From positions 5,163 to 69,162 of the forward strand of contig NZ_JAVKSG010000006.1 of NCBI RefSeq assembly GCF_039583785.1: 64,000 nucleotides of DNA, given 5' to 3'. Shown in pieces: positions 1 to 11,575 of the stretch. The DNA is from Mycobacterium sp. Its GTDB lineage: Bacteria; Actinomycetota; Actinomycetes; Mycobacteriales; Mycobacteriaceae. Positions within the stretch are counted from its first letter, which is position 1. Each line of letters begins with the position of its first letter. Under the pieces are notes generated by a model. It saw only the letters and a program-made list of their open reading frames with translations. It searched no databases and had not been told where the DNA came from. A program made the position numbers and the translations under genes.

Positions 1-426
<426 letters not shown>

Positions 427-427
<1 letters not shown>

Positions 428-1350
428 CAGAAGTACCCCTGCCTCTTGCGGTCTTCCATTCCGGCTTCGGAGATCCGGTCGTCGGCGCGGGTGGCGCCGC
501 GCTCGGTCAGTCGCGACACCGCAGTCTCGGCAACCACCTCGGCCACCGTGGCCGCGGTCGATTCCACGCAGCCGGTGCAGGTGACGTCGCCGACGGTGCG
601 GAATCGGACCGTCTTCTCGATCACCTTCTCGTCGGCGTGCGGCTGCAGGTGCCGGTCGACGGCCAGCAGCATGCCGTCACGCTCGAAGACTTGCCGCTTG
701 TGCGCGTAATAGATCGACGGCAGCTTGATTTTCTCGGCGCCAACGTAGGACCAGATGTCGAATTCGGTCCAGTTGGACAGCGGGAACACCCGGATGTGCT
801 CGCCCTTGTGGTGGCGGCCGTTGTAGATGTTCCACAGCTCGGGCCGCTGGGCCTTGGGGTCCCACTGCCCGAACTCGTCGCGGAAGCTGAACACCCGCTC
901 CTTGGCGCGCGCCTTCTCCTCGTCGCGGCGGGCACCGCCGAACGCGGCGTCGAACTTGTTCTCCCGGATCGCGCGCAGCAGCGTGACGGTCTGCAGCGGG
1001 TTGCGCGACGGAATGGTTTCGACGACCCGGCCGGCGTCGATGTCGTCCTGGACTTTGGCGATCACCAACCGCACCCCGGTCTCGGCGACCAACTCGTCGC
1101 GGGCGGCGATCACCTCGTCGAAGTTGTGGCCGGTATCGACGTGCATCACCGGGAACGGCAGGCGGCCGGGCCGGAAGGCCTTCAACGCCAGCTGCAGCAT
1201 CACGATCGAGTCCTTGCCGCCGGAGAACAGCAGCACCGGACGTTCGAACTCGGCGGCCACCTCGCGGATGATGTGGATCGCCTCGGCCTCCAGCGAACGC
1301 AGATGGCTCAGCTCATACTGCCCGGCAGCGGGCGCCTCTTGGGTGGTCAT
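427..1350 (-). CDS. cysD: Sulfate adenylyltransferase subunit 2
   Basis: [10 protein letters not shown]-loop, [22 protein letters not shown] motifs. Start placed at ATG 1350 (MTTQEAP), not 1440. Confidence 0.96.
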
Positions 1351-1538
1351 CAGACTCCCCGATTCTTGGTAAAGTAGGTAGAGTTGGTCAATATTACAGA
1401 CATTACCCAGTATGGAACCAGCCGTTTGCGCGGCTGTCAACTGAATCGGCTTGGTTGGTGGCCACCCTCAGGGCTCCGAATCTGTCGGGCCGCCATCTCA
1501 TAGTCTGGGCGGATGCGACAGGGGCGAGGCCGGTAGGC

Positions 1539-2516
1539 ATGACCCGGTTTCTGGCACGTCGCGTGGCGAATTATGTGCTGCTGTTGGCGCTGGCCTCGTT
1601 TCTGACGTTCTGCCTGACGTCGGTGGCCTTCTCGCCGCTGGAAAGCCTGATGCAGCGCAGCCCGCGCCCGCCGCAGGCCGTGATCGACGCCAAAGCCGCC
1701 CAACTCGGACTGAACAAGCCCATCCCGCTGCGCTACGCGAACTGGGCGTCGCACGCGGTGCGCGGCGACTTCGGCGCCACCATCACCGGTCAACCCGTGT
1801 CAGGCGAACTGTGGCGCCGGATCGGCGTCAGCCTTCGGTTGCTGCTGATCGGGTCGGTAGCCGGGACGATCATCGGGGTACTGCTCGGCGCCTGGGGGGC
1901 GATCCGGCAGTACCGCATCAGCGATCGCGTCATCACGATGCTGTCGCTGCTGGTGCTCTCCGCCCCGACTTTCGTGATCGCCAACCTGCTGATTCTCGGG
2001 GCGCTGCGGGTGAACTGGGCGCTGGGCTGGCAGCTGTTCCAATACACCGGGGAAACCTCGCCGGCCCTGATCGACGGCACGGCGGCGCGATTCGTGGATC
2101 GCTTGCAGCACTTGGCTTTACCGACGCTCACGCTGACGCTGGGCACTGCGGCGGGGTTCAGCCGATACCAGCGCAACGCGATGCTCGACGTGCTTGGCCA
2201 GGATTTCATCCGGACCGCCCGCGCCAAGGGCCTGAGCCGCCGCCGCGCCCTGATCAAGCACGGGCTGCGGACGGCGCTGATCCCACTGGCGACGCTGTTC
2301 GCTTACGGCGTAGCCGGTTTGGTCACCGGAGCGGTGTTCGTCGAGAAAATCTTCGGCTGGCACGGCATGGGCGAATGGATGGTGCAAGGGGTGGCCACCC
2401 AGGACACCAACATCGTCGCGGCGATCACGGTGTTCGCCGGGGCGGTGGTGCTGCTGGCCGGTCTGCTGTCCGACTTCATCTACGCGGCGCTCGATCCCAG
2501 GGTGCGGGTGTCATGA
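1539..2516 (+). CDS. oppB: Peptide ABC transporter permease (Rv1283c-like)
   Basis: MTRFLARRVANY start; EAA-loop-like RTARAKGLSRRRALIKHGLR; several TM segments. Confidence 0.92.
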   Translation: MTRFLARRVANYVLLLALASFLTFCLTSVAFSPLESLMQRSPRPPQAVIDAKAAQLGLNKPIPLRYANWASHAVRGDFGATITGQPVSGELWRRIGVSLRLLLIGSVAGTIIGVLLGAWGAIRQYRISDRVITMLSLLVLSAPTFVIANLLILGALRVNWALGWQLFQYTGETSPALIDGTAARFVDRLQHLALPTLTLTLGTAAGFSRYQRNAMLDVLGQDFIRTARAKGLSRRRALIKHGLRTALIPLATLFAYGVAGLVTGAVFVEKIFGWHGMGEWMVQGVATQDTNIVAAITVFAGAVVLLAGLLSDFIYAALDPRVRVS

Positions 2517-3382
2517 CCGCTCTTGACGCTCCCGCATTCGCGTCCCGACGGACGTTGGTGCTGCGCCGCTTCCTGCGTCGCCGCTCGGCGGTGGCGTCGC
2601 TGCTGGTGCTGCTAGTGCTGTTCGTCGGCTGTTACACGTTGCCGTCGGTTCTGCCCTACTCCTACAGCGACCTCGACTTCAACGCGCTGCTGCAGCCGCC
2701 CAACGCCCGACACTGGTTGGGTACCAATGCCCTTGGTCAGGATCTGCTGGCCCAGACCTTGCGGGGTATGCAGAAGTCGATGCTGATCGGGGTCTGCGTG
2801 GCGGTCATCTCGACCACTATCGCCGCGACCGCGGGATCGATCTCCGGCTACTTCGGCGGTTGGCGCGATCGCGCGCTGATGTGGTTCGTCGACCTCATGC
2901 TGGTGGTGCCGGCGTTCCTGTTGATCCTGATCCTGACGCCGCGGACCAAGAGTTCCGGCAACGCGCTCATGCTGGTGCTGCTGCTGTCGGGATTCGGCTG
3001 GATGGTCAGCTCGCGCATGGTCCGCGGCATGACGATGAGCCTGCGCGAACGTGAATTCATCCGCGCAGCAAAGTATATGGGTGTACCCAGCTGGCGGATC
3101 ATCACCCACCATGTGGTGCCGAACGTGGCGTCGATCCTGATCATCGACACGGCGCTGAACGTCGCGGTGGCTATCCTCGCCGAGACCGGGCTGAGCTTTC
3201 TCGGCTTCGGCATTCAGCCCCCGGACGTGTCGCTGGGCACGCTGATCGCCGACGGCACCCAGTCCGCGACGACGTTCCCGTGGGTGTTCCTGTTTCCCGC
3301 TGGTGTGCTGGTGCTGATTTTGGTGTGCGCGAACGTGACCGGCGACGGTCTGCGCGACGCGCTGGATCCGGGGAGCCGATGA
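2513..3382 (+). CDS. oppC: Peptide ABC transporter permease (Rv1282c-like)
   Basis: ATGA overlap with oppB; [32 protein letters not shown] motifs. Confidence 0.92.
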   Translation: MTALDAPAFASRRTLVLRRFLRRRSAVASLLVLLVLFVGCYTLPSVLPYSYSDLDFNALLQPPNARHWLGTNALGQDLLAQTLRGMQKSMLIGVCVAVISTTIAATAGSISGYFGGWRDRALMWFVDLMLVVPAFLLILILTPRTKSSGNALMLVLLLSGFGWMVSSRMVRGMTMSLREREFIRAAKYMGVPSWRIITHHVVPNVASILIIDTALNVAVAILAETGLSFLGFGIQPPDVSLGTLIADGTQSATTFPWVFLFPAGVLVLILVCANVTGDGLRDALDPGSR

Positions 3383-5214
3383 GCCGGCTCCTGAAGGTCA
3401 CCGGCTTGGCCGTCACCTTCCCGACCGAAGGGCCCCCGCTGAAGGCATTGCGCGGCATCGACTTTCACGTCGACGCCGGCGAAGTCGTGGCGATCGTCGG
3501 CGAATCCGGTTCCGGCAAGTCGACGGCGGCGATGGCGGTGGTCTCGCTGCTTCCCGAATACGCCGACGTCCGCGGATCGGTGAAACTGCAGGGCAACGAG
3601 CTGGTCGGCCTTTCCGATGGCGCCATGTCGCGGTATCGCGGCAACACGATCGGCATGGTGTTCCAGGATCCGATGTCGGCGCTGACGCCCGTCTACACCG
3701 TCGGCGACCAGATCGCCGAGGCCATCGACGTGCACCAGCCGCTCATCGGGAAACGTGCGGCCCGTCAACGCGCGATCGAATTGCTGGAACTAGTCGGCAT
3801 AGTCGAGCCTGTACAGCGTGCCCGCGCCTTTCCGCACGAACTGTCCGGCGGCGAACGCCAGCGCGTGGTGATCGCGATCGCGATCGCCAACAACCCCGAC
3901 CTGTTGATCTGCGACGAGCCGACCACCGCGCTGGACGTCACCGTGCAGGCACAGATCCTCGAGGTGCTCAAGACCGCCCGCGATGTCACCGGGGCCGGCG
4001 TGCTGCTGATCACCCACGACCTGGGCGTGGTCGGCGAATTCGCCGACCGGGCACTGGTGATGTACGCCGGCCGGATCGTGGAATCGGCCGCCGTCAGCGA
4101 CGTCTACCGCGATCGCCGGATGCCCTACACCGTCGGGCTTTTGGGTTCGGTCCCGCGGTTGGACGCGCGGCAAGGCACCCGGCTGGTGCCGATCCCCGGC
4201 GCTCCCCCGTCGCTGACGGCTTTGGAGCCGGGCTGCCCGTTCGCGCCGCGCTGCCCGCTCGTCGTCGACGAATGCCGCACCGCGGAGCCGCCGCTGTCGC
4301 CGGTGGCGCCCGACCACGACGCGGCCTGTATCCGCACCGAGCACGTCGTGGGCCGCAGTGCCGCGGACGTGTACGGAATCAGCACCGAAGCGGAAGCTAC
4401 CGAGACGGGTGCACCGCCCGTCGTGGTGCGGGTCCGTGATCTGGTCAAGACCTACCCATTGACCAAGGGTGTGCTGTTCCGGCGCAATGTCGGCGAAGTC
4501 CGAGCGGTCGACGGCATCAGCTTCGAACTGCGTCAGGGGCGCACGCTAGCCATTGTGGGCGAGTCGGGTTCAGGAAAGTCGACCACGCTGCATGAAATCC
4601 TGGAGTTGGTTGCGCCGCAGTCGGGTTCGATCGACGTGCTGGGCAACGACGTCGCGGCGCTGAACTCGGCGAGTCGCCGGGCGCTGCGACGCGACATCCA
4701 GGTCATCTTCCAAGACCCGGCGGCGGCCCTGGATCCGCGGCTGCCGGTGTTCGAGCTGCTGGCCGAGCCGTTGCACGCCAACGGATTCAGCAAGGCCGAC
4801 ACCAGTGCGCGGGTGGCCGAGCTGCTCGACACCGTCGGGCTACCGCACGGCGATGCCAGCCGGTATCCGGCCGAGTTCTCCGGCGGGCAGAAGCAGCGGA
4901 TCGGGATCGCGCGCGCGCTGGCGTTGCGGCCCAAGATTCTCGCCCTCGACGAGCCGGTGTCCGCCCTGGACGTGTCGATTCAGGCCGGCATCCTCAACCT
5001 GCTGCTCGATCTACAGCAGGAGCTCGGCCTGTCCTATCTTTTTGTGTCGCATAACCTTTCGGTTGTCAAGCATCTGGCCCATGACGTCGTGGTGATGCTG
5101 CGCGGTGCCATCGTCGAACAGGGTGACAGCGACGAGATCTTCAACCGGCCACAGCACGAATACACCTGCCGCCTATTGGCCGCTGTGCCGCAACCGGATT
5201 CGGCCCATGGGTAG
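3379..5214 (+). CDS. oppD: Peptide ABC transporter ATPase with two fused NBDs (Rv1281c-like)
   Basis: Two GESGSGKS Walker A motifs, LSGGERQR and FSGGQKQR signatures, CPFAPRC motif; ATGA overlap with oppC. Confidence 0.95.
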   Translation: MSRLLKVTGLAVTFPTEGPPLKALRGIDFHVDAGEVVAIVGESGSGKSTAAMAVVSLLPEYADVRGSVKLQGNELVGLSDGAMSRYRGNTIGMVFQDPMSALTPVYTVGDQIAEAIDVHQPLIGKRAARQRAIELLELVGIVEPVQRARAFPHELSGGERQRVVIAIAIANNPDLLICDEPTTALDVTVQAQILEVLKTARDVTGAGVLLITHDLGVVGEFADRALVMYAGRIVESAAVSDVYRDRRMPYTVGLLGSVPRLDARQGTRLVPIPGAPPSLTALEPGCPFAPRCPLVVDECRTAEPPLSPVAPDHDAACIRTEHVVGRSAADVYGISTEAEATETGAPPVVVRVRDLVKTYPLTKGVLFRRNVGEVRAVDGISFELRQGRTLAIVGESGSGKSTTLHEILELVAPQSGSIDVLGNDVAALNSASRRALRRDIQVIFQDPAAALDPRLPVFELLAEPLHANGFSKADTSARVAELLDTVGLPHGDASRYPAEFSGGQKQRIGIARALALRPKILALDEPVSALDVSIQAGILNLLLDLQQELGLSYLFVSHNLSVVKHLAHDVVVMLRGAIVEQGDSDEIFNRPQHEYTCRLLAAVPQPDSAHG

Positions 5215-6922
5215 CCCGATGACGAAGCGGTCCGTGAAACGGACCGAGGAGGAGTCGAGCCAGTGGCTCCGGCGGATACTGGCGATCGCGTTCGCTGCCA
5301 TGATCACGGCCGGTTGCACGTCGGGGGCCGACCTGGTGCTGTCCGGCCCCGCCACCGCCGTCGGCGCGACCAGCGACATCAACCCGCAGAACCCGGCGAC
5401 GCTACGCAATGGCGGCGATCTGAGATTGGCAATCACCGAATTCCCGCCCAACTTCAACACTTTGCACATCGACGGCAACTCCGCCGACGTCGACGGCATG
5501 CTGAAGGCCACCATGCCACGCGCGTTCGTGATCGGGCCGGACGGCTCCACCACCGTCGACACCGATTACTTCAGCAGCGTCGAACTCACCGGGACCAACC
5601 CGCAGGTGGTCACCTACACCATCAACCCGAAGGCGACCTGGTCCGACGGCACTCCACTCAGCTGGCAGGACATCGCCAGCCAGATCCACGCCACCAGTGG
5701 GGCCGACAAGAACTTCGCGATCGCCGGCACCAACGGCAGCGAGCGGGTCAAGTCGGTGACCCGCGGCGTCAACGACCAGCAGGCCGTGATCACCTTTGCC
5801 AAGCCGTACGCCGAGTGGCGCGGCATGTTCGCCGGCAACACCATGTTGCTGCCCAAGAGCAGCACCGCCACGCCCGAGGCGTTCAACACCGCGCAGCTGT
5901 CCGGCCCCGGGCCGTCGGGCGGCCCGTTCATCGTCTCCGCATTGGATCGGACCAAACAGCGGATTGTGTTGACCCGCAATCCCAAATGGTGGGGCGAGCG
6001 GGCGAGGCTGGATCGCATCACGTTTCTGGTGCTCGACGACGCGGCCAGACTGCCGGCGCTGCAGAACAAGGCCATCGACGCCACCGGTCTCTCCGGGCTG
6101 GACCAGATGACGATCGCCCGGCGCACCAAAGGCATTTCCATCCGCCGGGCGCCCACCCCGAGCTGGTATCACTTCACCTTCAACGGCGCGAAGGGATCGA
6201 TACTGGCCGACCCGGCGTTGCGCCGCGCGATCGCCGAAGGCATCGACCGGCAGAGCATTGCCGCCGTCACCCAGCACGGGCTAGTCAGCAATCCGCGGGC
6301 GCTGAACAACCACATCTATGTCGAAGGTCAACAGGGCTACCAGAACAACAGCGCCGTCGTCGCGTACAACCCGGAGAAGGCCAAGCGTGACCTTGACGCG
6401 CTGGGCTGGAAACTCGACCGACAGTTCCGGGAAAAAGACGGCAAGCCGTTGGTCGTGCGCGACTTGTTCTACGACGCGCAGACCAGCCGGCAATTCGGTC
6501 TGATCGCCCAACACAGCCTTGCCCAGATCGGCGTGCAGCTCGAGCTGATGGCCAAGGCCGGCAGCGGGTTCTTCACCAACTACATCAACGTCGGCGCCTT
6601 CGACATCGCCCAATTCGGGTGGATGGGCGACGCTTTCCCGCTGTCCGCGCTCACGCAGATCTACGCGTCCACCGGGGACAGCAATTTCGGCAAGATCGGC
6701 AGCCCCGAGATCGACGCGAAAATCGAGCAGACCCTCGAAGAACTCGACCCGGTCAAGGCGCGGGCGCTGGCCAACGACGTCGACACGCTGATCTGGGCCG
6801 AGGGCTTCAGCCTGCCGCTGGTCCAGTCCCCCGGCAACGTCGCCGTCAACAGCTCACTGGCCAACTTCGGCGCCCCCGGGCTAGCCGACCTGAACTACTC
6901 CGCGATCGGATTCATGCGTTGA
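5207..6922 (+). CDS. oppA: Peptide ABC transporter substrate-binding lipoprotein (Rv1280c-like)
   Basis: Lipobox-like TAGC, SBP family 5 motifs ([19 protein letters not shown]); fourth gene of the operon. Start could be ATG 5219. Confidence 0.9.
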   Translation: MGSPMTKRSVKRTEEESSQWLRRILAIAFAAMITAGCTSGADLVLSGPATAVGATSDINPQNPATLRNGGDLRLAITEFPPNFNTLHIDGNSADVDGMLKATMPRAFVIGPDGSTTVDTDYFSSVELTGTNPQVVTYTINPKATWSDGTPLSWQDIASQIHATSGADKNFAIAGTNGSERVKSVTRGVNDQQAVITFAKPYAEWRGMFAGNTMLLPKSSTATPEAFNTAQLSGPGPSGGPFIVSALDRTKQRIVLTRNPKWWGERARLDRITFLVLDDAARLPALQNKAIDATGLSGLDQMTIARRTKGISIRRAPTPSWYHFTFNGAKGSILADPALRRAIAEGIDRQSIAAVTQHGLVSNPRALNNHIYVEGQQGYQNNSAVVAYNPEKAKRDLDALGWKLDRQFREKDGKPLVVRDLFYDAQTSRQFGLIAQHSLAQIGVQLELMAKAGSGFFTNYINVGAFDIAQFGWMGDAFPLSALTQIYASTGDSNFGKIGSPEIDAKIEQTLEELDPVKARALANDVDTLIWAEGFSLPLVQSPGNVAVNSSLANFGAPGLADLNYSAIGFMR

Positions 6923-7358
6923 TCCTTGCGATCCGCTGAAGTACGGGATGATGCTCGGCGCCGTGACCGCGACGATCGACAAGCCACGTGCTGTCGGCGG
7001 CGCGGGCTTTGCACACCGGACTGCCACTGCTGAGCGAGGCCGGCGGGCCGGTGACCCGCTTCGTACCGCTGTCGAAGTTCCTCGCCCCGGCCCTTGTGCT
7101 GGTGACCCCGCCTCCCGGGGTGCGCGATGTCTTGGGACGCACGGACGGACTCACCGAGTGCTGCCAGATCCACCAGGACGTGCGAAACGCGTTGGGCCAC
7201 CATCGTCCGGTCGGTCCGAATCCGTTCGACGGACAACGACTTTCCGCTCGAGTCGCCGTGCACCACGGTCGCCAAGGGGCCGATCCCGGCTCGCATCGCC
7301 GCGCGGCGGTGAAAGGTCGGCTTGGACGGATCGCGGCACGAGCTTAAGTCTGAGAAAT

Positions 7359-7374
7359 CAGGCATAGATGCCTG
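7359..7374. promoter_or_regulatory. Inverted repeat CAGGCAT-AG-ATGCCTG, candidate HipB operator
   Basis: Perfect 7-bp inverted repeat about 20 nt upstream of CATACT (7395-7400), which lies 5 nt before ATG 7406. Confidence 0.5.
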
Positions 7375-7405
7375 CTGATGGCATCGGAGGGCGTCATACT
7401 GGCTT

Positions 7406-7687
7406 ATGCATGGTTTTCCAGACATAAGGAGCGGAATGGCAGGTCCTCGACGCACCCAGTCCTCGCGCGATGCGACTATGCCTGAAATAGCACGCATAGC
7501 GCAGACGTTCGCCGAACGCCGGGTGACGCTGCGGCTCACTCAACAAAACTTGGCAGACTTGGCAGGCGTTTCTCGCTACAGTATCCAGTCGCTCGAACGA
7601 GGAACCGGGTCAACCAAGATCAACTCAGTCGTCGAGATCGCTGAAATCCTGGGCATGCGCATCGAAGTGACCGCGACGAGCGAATGA
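7406..7687 (+). CDS. hipB: Xre/HTH antitoxin (HipB-like)
   Basis: RRVTLRLTQQNLADLAGVSRYSIQSLERG HTH_3 motif; ATGA overlap with the hipA-like gene. Start is 7406 (leaderless) or 7478. Confidence 0.85.
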   Translation: MHGFPDIRSGMAGPRRTQSSRDATMPEIARIAQTFAERRVTLRLTQQNLADLAGVSRYSIQSLERGTGSTKINSVVEIAEILGMRIEVTATSE

Positions 7688-8919
7688 CCAATCCTGACGG
7701 ACTTGACCTACGCGAGTCCACCGAAGCCGACGTATACATCGACAACGAAATTGCAGCGCGCCTGACCCGCGACTCCGGCGACAGGATAACCTTCGACTAC
7801 CTGGCAGATCAGGATCGCCCGAGGCACGGCCGCATACGTGACCGGTCCATCTCCTGGTCGCTGCTCCGCTCCGGTGAATATCCCAAAGTTACGGGTGGTG
7901 GTGCGGTTCCCGCATTCTTTGCAGGGCTACTTCCAGAAGGAGTCAGGCTTGGCGTCCTAACTTCGTCGACGAAAACCTCTGCAGACGACCACTTTACGTT
8001 ATTACTTGGGATCGGCGCCGACACCATCGGAAACGTGCGGGTCTTCCCTGCCGGGCATCAGCCAGTACGACCGCTGCCCCTGTTTGACCCGGACCGCGAC
8101 ACCGACTTTCAAATGGTCTACGCGAAACTGACTGGTTCCATCGACGCCGATCCCGTGGGTCTGGCGGGTGTGCAACCAAAGGTCAGCGCCGCCATGCGGT
8201 CGACTTCCGCCCAGACTCGATCAGGGCCGGCGATACTGAAACTCAATCCCGCGCAGTACCCGCAACTGGTCGAGAACGAACACTTCTTCATGAGGATGGC
8301 CGCGGCCTGCGGCCTGCGGGTCGCCGTGACATCGCTGCTCCACGACGCTAATGGCCGAAGCGCCTTGCTGGTAAAGCGTTTTGACCGCGTAGGAACGACG
8401 CGGCTGGCACAAGAGGACGCTTGTCAGGTCGCCGATCTTTACCCGGCTTCCAAATATCGCATCAAAACTGAAGCTGCTCTGTCCCAGCTTGGCGAGGCGT
8501 GCGCGCGCGGCGGTGGCTCGAAGGTCACAACGATCGCAGAATTGCTCAAAACTGTTGCGTTCTCCTGGCTAATCGGAAATGGCGATCTGCACGGCAAGAA
8601 CCTGTCGATCTATGAGCCCGACGGAGTGTGGCAGCCGACTCCCGCCTACGACTTGCTGTGCACGCAGCCCTACGCCAAATGGAAGGACCCGATGGCACTC
8701 ACCTTGTATGACCGCGCCAACCGCCTTTCGCGCGCCGACTTTGTCGTTGCGGGCGAACGACTCGGGTTGCGTTCGCGCGCAACCGAAAAAATGCTTGACG
8801 CGCTTGTCGATGCCGCAACGCTGTGGCCAAGTAGATGCGAGCAGATAGGATTCGCACTCCGTCAAACCGAACTTCTCGCTGAGATGCTGCACGCCAGAAT
8901 CACCAGCCTCAAGGGATGA
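7684..8919 (+). CDS. hipA: HipA-family kinase toxin
   Basis: PAFFAGLLPEG N-terminal motif, LAGVQPK, ENEHFFM, RFDR, QEDACQ, GNGDLHGKNLS catalytic loop, PAYD. Confidence 0.92.
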   Translation: MTNPDGLDLRESTEADVYIDNEIAARLTRDSGDRITFDYLADQDRPRHGRIRDRSISWSLLRSGEYPKVTGGGAVPAFFAGLLPEGVRLGVLTSSTKTSADDHFTLLLGIGADTIGNVRVFPAGHQPVRPLPLFDPDRDTDFQMVYAKLTGSIDADPVGLAGVQPKVSAAMRSTSAQTRSGPAILKLNPAQYPQLVENEHFFMRMAAACGLRVAVTSLLHDANGRSALLVKRFDRVGTTRLAQEDACQVADLYPASKYRIKTEAALSQLGEACARGGGSKVTTIAELLKTVAFSWLIGNGDLHGKNLSIYEPDGVWQPTPAYDLLCTQPYAKWKDPMALTLYDRANRLSRADFVVAGERLGLRSRATEKMLDALVDAATLWPSRCEQIGFALRQTELLAEMLHARITSLKG

Positions 8920-8962
8920 ATCGACGACGCAGCCCCTGAGCGCGCGGCCAACGCAGGTCACC

Positions 8963-11575
8963 CTACGCGCACAACTCGATTCGCTGCGCATCCTTGACGC
9001 CGTCGTATCGGGCCGGCGTGCAGGTCAACACGATGACCTGGCCGCGCTCGCCCAGTGTGTCGAACACCGCGGCCATCTTGACCAGCCGTTCGGGATCGGT
9101 GAAGCCGAGCGCATCGTCGATCAGGATCGGCACCGCGTCCTCTTTGGCGACCAATGCCGCGCCGGCCAGCCGCGCCAGGATGCCGAGTTGCTCCTTGGCC
9201 CCGCCCGACAGCGATTCATAGGGGACGGTGCGACCGTCGAGCGTGCGGGTTTGGATACACAAGTCGCTGTCGACATCGACCTCGAAGCTCTCACCGAAGA
9301 CGGGACGGCCGAGCCGCTGCAGTTCGGCGCGGAACGGTTCGACGTAGCGCAACCGGGTGGTGTCGCGGTGACGCGTCATCACCTCCCGCAGCATCTGCAC
9401 CGCCCGGGCCCGGCGGCCGACCCGATCGTGCTCGCTGCGCGCGTGCTCGAACTCGATCTCCGCGGCGTCGAGTTTGCCGTAGCGGCCTTCAGTCCCGAAA
9501 ACCGTGAGCTGCGCTGCGATCTCATGCAGGGTGCGCGCGACGTCGTCATGGCGCTGACGCAAAGCCGCGGCCGCCTGAACCGCGTCGGTCAGCTCGGTTG
9601 CGACGACGTCGGGCTCCTTGGCCGCCAACTGCTCGGTCAACTCGGCGACCCGGCTCGCGGCGGCCTCCGCCTTGGCGGCGTCGGCCGCAACGTCGGCGGC
9701 CAGCTTCTCATCGGGCCCCGCGGCGCGCTGTGCGGTCAACCGGTCGGCCACGGCCAGCAACTCGGCGCGCTGGCTGACCAGGTTGTCCTGCACACGCGTT
9801 GCCTGAGCAGAAATTTCGGTGAACTTCTTCATCGCCAGGGCGGCAAGGTTGCGGTACGCCTCGCACGCCACACCGGCCTGGGCGCGGGCCGCGATCGCCT
9901 CGAGCAGCTCGGCGCGTGCGGCGCAGGCATCGATGTCGTCGGAAACCGCTGGCAACGACTGCAATTCGTCCAACCGAGCGCGCAGTTCATCGATGTCGTC
10001 GTCGCCGGACAGTCCAGCCAGCGTCGCCGTCAGCTGATCGCGTGTGCTCTGCAATTCGCGGCGGCGCTGATCGGTCTGCCGCGCCGCTTCCAGGTCGGCG
10101 ACCTGCGCCCTCGCCAACATCGCAGCCAACTTCTCTTGCTCCGCGGCATATTTCGCTTTTATCTCGACCGCCGACGTTCCGGGCGTGACGCGGGCCGTGA
10201 CGATCCCGGGGATCTCGACCTCGGTGGCGATGTTCGCGACCGTCGACCAGGTTTCACCGGCCGGCAGCTGCACCCGCTCACTGCTGATGACCAGTTCGAT
10301 ATCGGCGGCCGCGACGAATTCAACTGTCGCCGAGACCAATGCCAGCTGGCCTTCGGCTCGATCGACCGCCGAGGCGGCCTGTTCGATCTGACGCAGCAGG
10401 TCCTCGGTCATGGCTATGGTCGCGAGCTCTTTGGCTATCGCGTCGCGCTCGCTCAGCGCGGCATCGATTTTCGTCAACTTGGTGGCCAGCCGCTGCGTCT
10501 CGTCGCGACGGGCCAGGTCCTCGACCGCGCGCTGGGCGGTGTCGGCGCGCTGCTGGACGGCAGCGAGGTCCTGGACCACCCGCTCGACCGCGGCGTCGGC
10601 CTCCACCGTGACGTCGCGGGCGGTCGCCTGGGCTTCGAGGGCCTCGCGGGCCTGGTCCTCGAGAACCGCGACTGCCGCTGTGCGCGAGTCGTTTTCGGTG
10701 CCCAGCCGAATCCGTTCGGCGAGGGCAGCCGTCGACGCGGTGCTGGTCGCGGTTGCGGCGGCGGCGATCAGCTCGGCTTCGCGCACCTGTTCGGTGAGCC
10801 GGGCGATCTCGTCGGCGGCGGCCTGAGCGGTGGCTTGCCGCGTTGTTGCCGACTGCTGCTGCTCGGTGAGCTCGGCCAGCTCAGCCGTGAGCGCGGCATG
10901 CCACTGCACCTTGTCGTCGACCTCGGCGACCGCCGTGGCGCAACGATCGACTTCCTGGCTGGCGGCCGCCAAGGCCTTGATCGCCGCCGTCCACTCGCCG
11001 GTGGGGCGGCCGGTCGGGGTGAAGTAACGCGCGTACTCGCTGTCGATTCGCTCGATGAGCAACGGCTCGGTGCCCGATAGCGCGGCCGTGTCGCCCGCGG
11101 CGACGTCGAGGGCGCGGGTCAATGCGTCGCAGCCCGACAGGTTTACCACGTCGGTTGACGTGGCTTGCAAAACCCTTTGGGCGTGCCACAATTCGGTGTC
11201 TACCGTCTCGGCGAGCATGGCCTGCACGCGGTCGTGCGCCTCGTCACCACTGCGCTGTTCGCGACGCGGCTCCAGAACCGTCAGCTGCGTCTCGGGCTTC
11301 TTGTGGAAGCGCTTGCGGTAGATGAAACGGTAAGTGCCGGCGCTGATCTCGGCGGTGATCTCGGATCCGACGTCGGCGTGGGTCGGTTTGACCTGCTTGA
11401 CCTCTTTCTTCGTCGAGCGGTCCTTGGATTCCAGCAGCAGATCCAACGCCTCGAGCATCGAAGACTTGCCGATCTCGTTGGCGCCCGACACCACCACTAC
11501 CCCGTGGTCGGGGAAGTCGATCTCGCGGTGGTCGATTCCACGGTAGTTCTGCAAGATCAGCCGATGCAATTTCAT
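8963..11575 (-). CDS. Rad50/SbcC-like AAA ATPase with long coiled coil (Rv1278-like)
   Basis: Walker A GANEIGKSS at N-terminus; LSGGAKEQL signature and LIDDALGFTD Walker B/D-loop at C-terminus; Ala/Glu-rich coiled coil between. Confidence 0.9.
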   Translation of the reverse strand: MKLHRLILQNYRGIDHREIDFPDHGVVVVSGANEIGKSSMLEALDLLLESKDRSTKKEVKQVKPTHADVGSEITAEISAGTYRFIYRKRFHKKPETQLTVLEPRREQRSGDEAHDRVQAMLAETVDTELWHAQRVLQATSTDVVNLSGCDALTRALDVAAGDTAALSGTEPLLIERIDSEYARYFTPTGRPTGEWTAAIKALAAASQEVDRCATAVAEVDDKVQWHAALTAELAELTEQQQSATTRQATAQAAADEIARLTEQVREAELIAAAATATSTASTAALAERIRLGTENDSRTAAVAVLEDQAREALEAQATARDVTVEADAAVERVVQDLAAVQQRADTAQRAVEDLARRDETQRLATKLTKIDAALSERDAIAKELATIAMTEDLLRQIEQAASAVDRAEGQLALVSATVEFVAAADIELVISSERVQLPAGETWSTVANIATEVEIPGIVTARVTPGTSAVEIKAKYAAEQEKLAAMLARAQVADLEAARQTDQRRRELQSTRDQLTATLAGLSGDDDIDELRARLDELQSLPAVSDDIDACAARAELLEAIAARAQAGVACEAYRNLAALAMKKFTEISAQATRVQDNLVSQRAELLAVADRLTAQRAAGPDEKLAADVAADAAKAEAAASRVAELTEQLAAKEPDVVATELTDAVQAAAALRQRHDDVARTLHEIAAQLTVFGTEGRYGKLDAAEIEFEHARSEHDRVGRRARAVQMLREVMTRHRDTTRLRYVEPFRAELQRLGRPVFGESFEVDVDSDLCIQTRTLDGRTVPYESLSGGAKEQLGILARLAGAALVAKEDAVPILIDDALGFTDPERLVKMAAVFDTLGERGQVIVLTCTPARYDGVKDAQRIELCA

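Noticed and set aside
1351-1538. Rrf2-type operator in the AT-rich cysD/oppB divergent region (where Mtb has canA)
   Set aside because: Only a half-site-like ATATTGACC on the minus strand, with no convincing palindrome.
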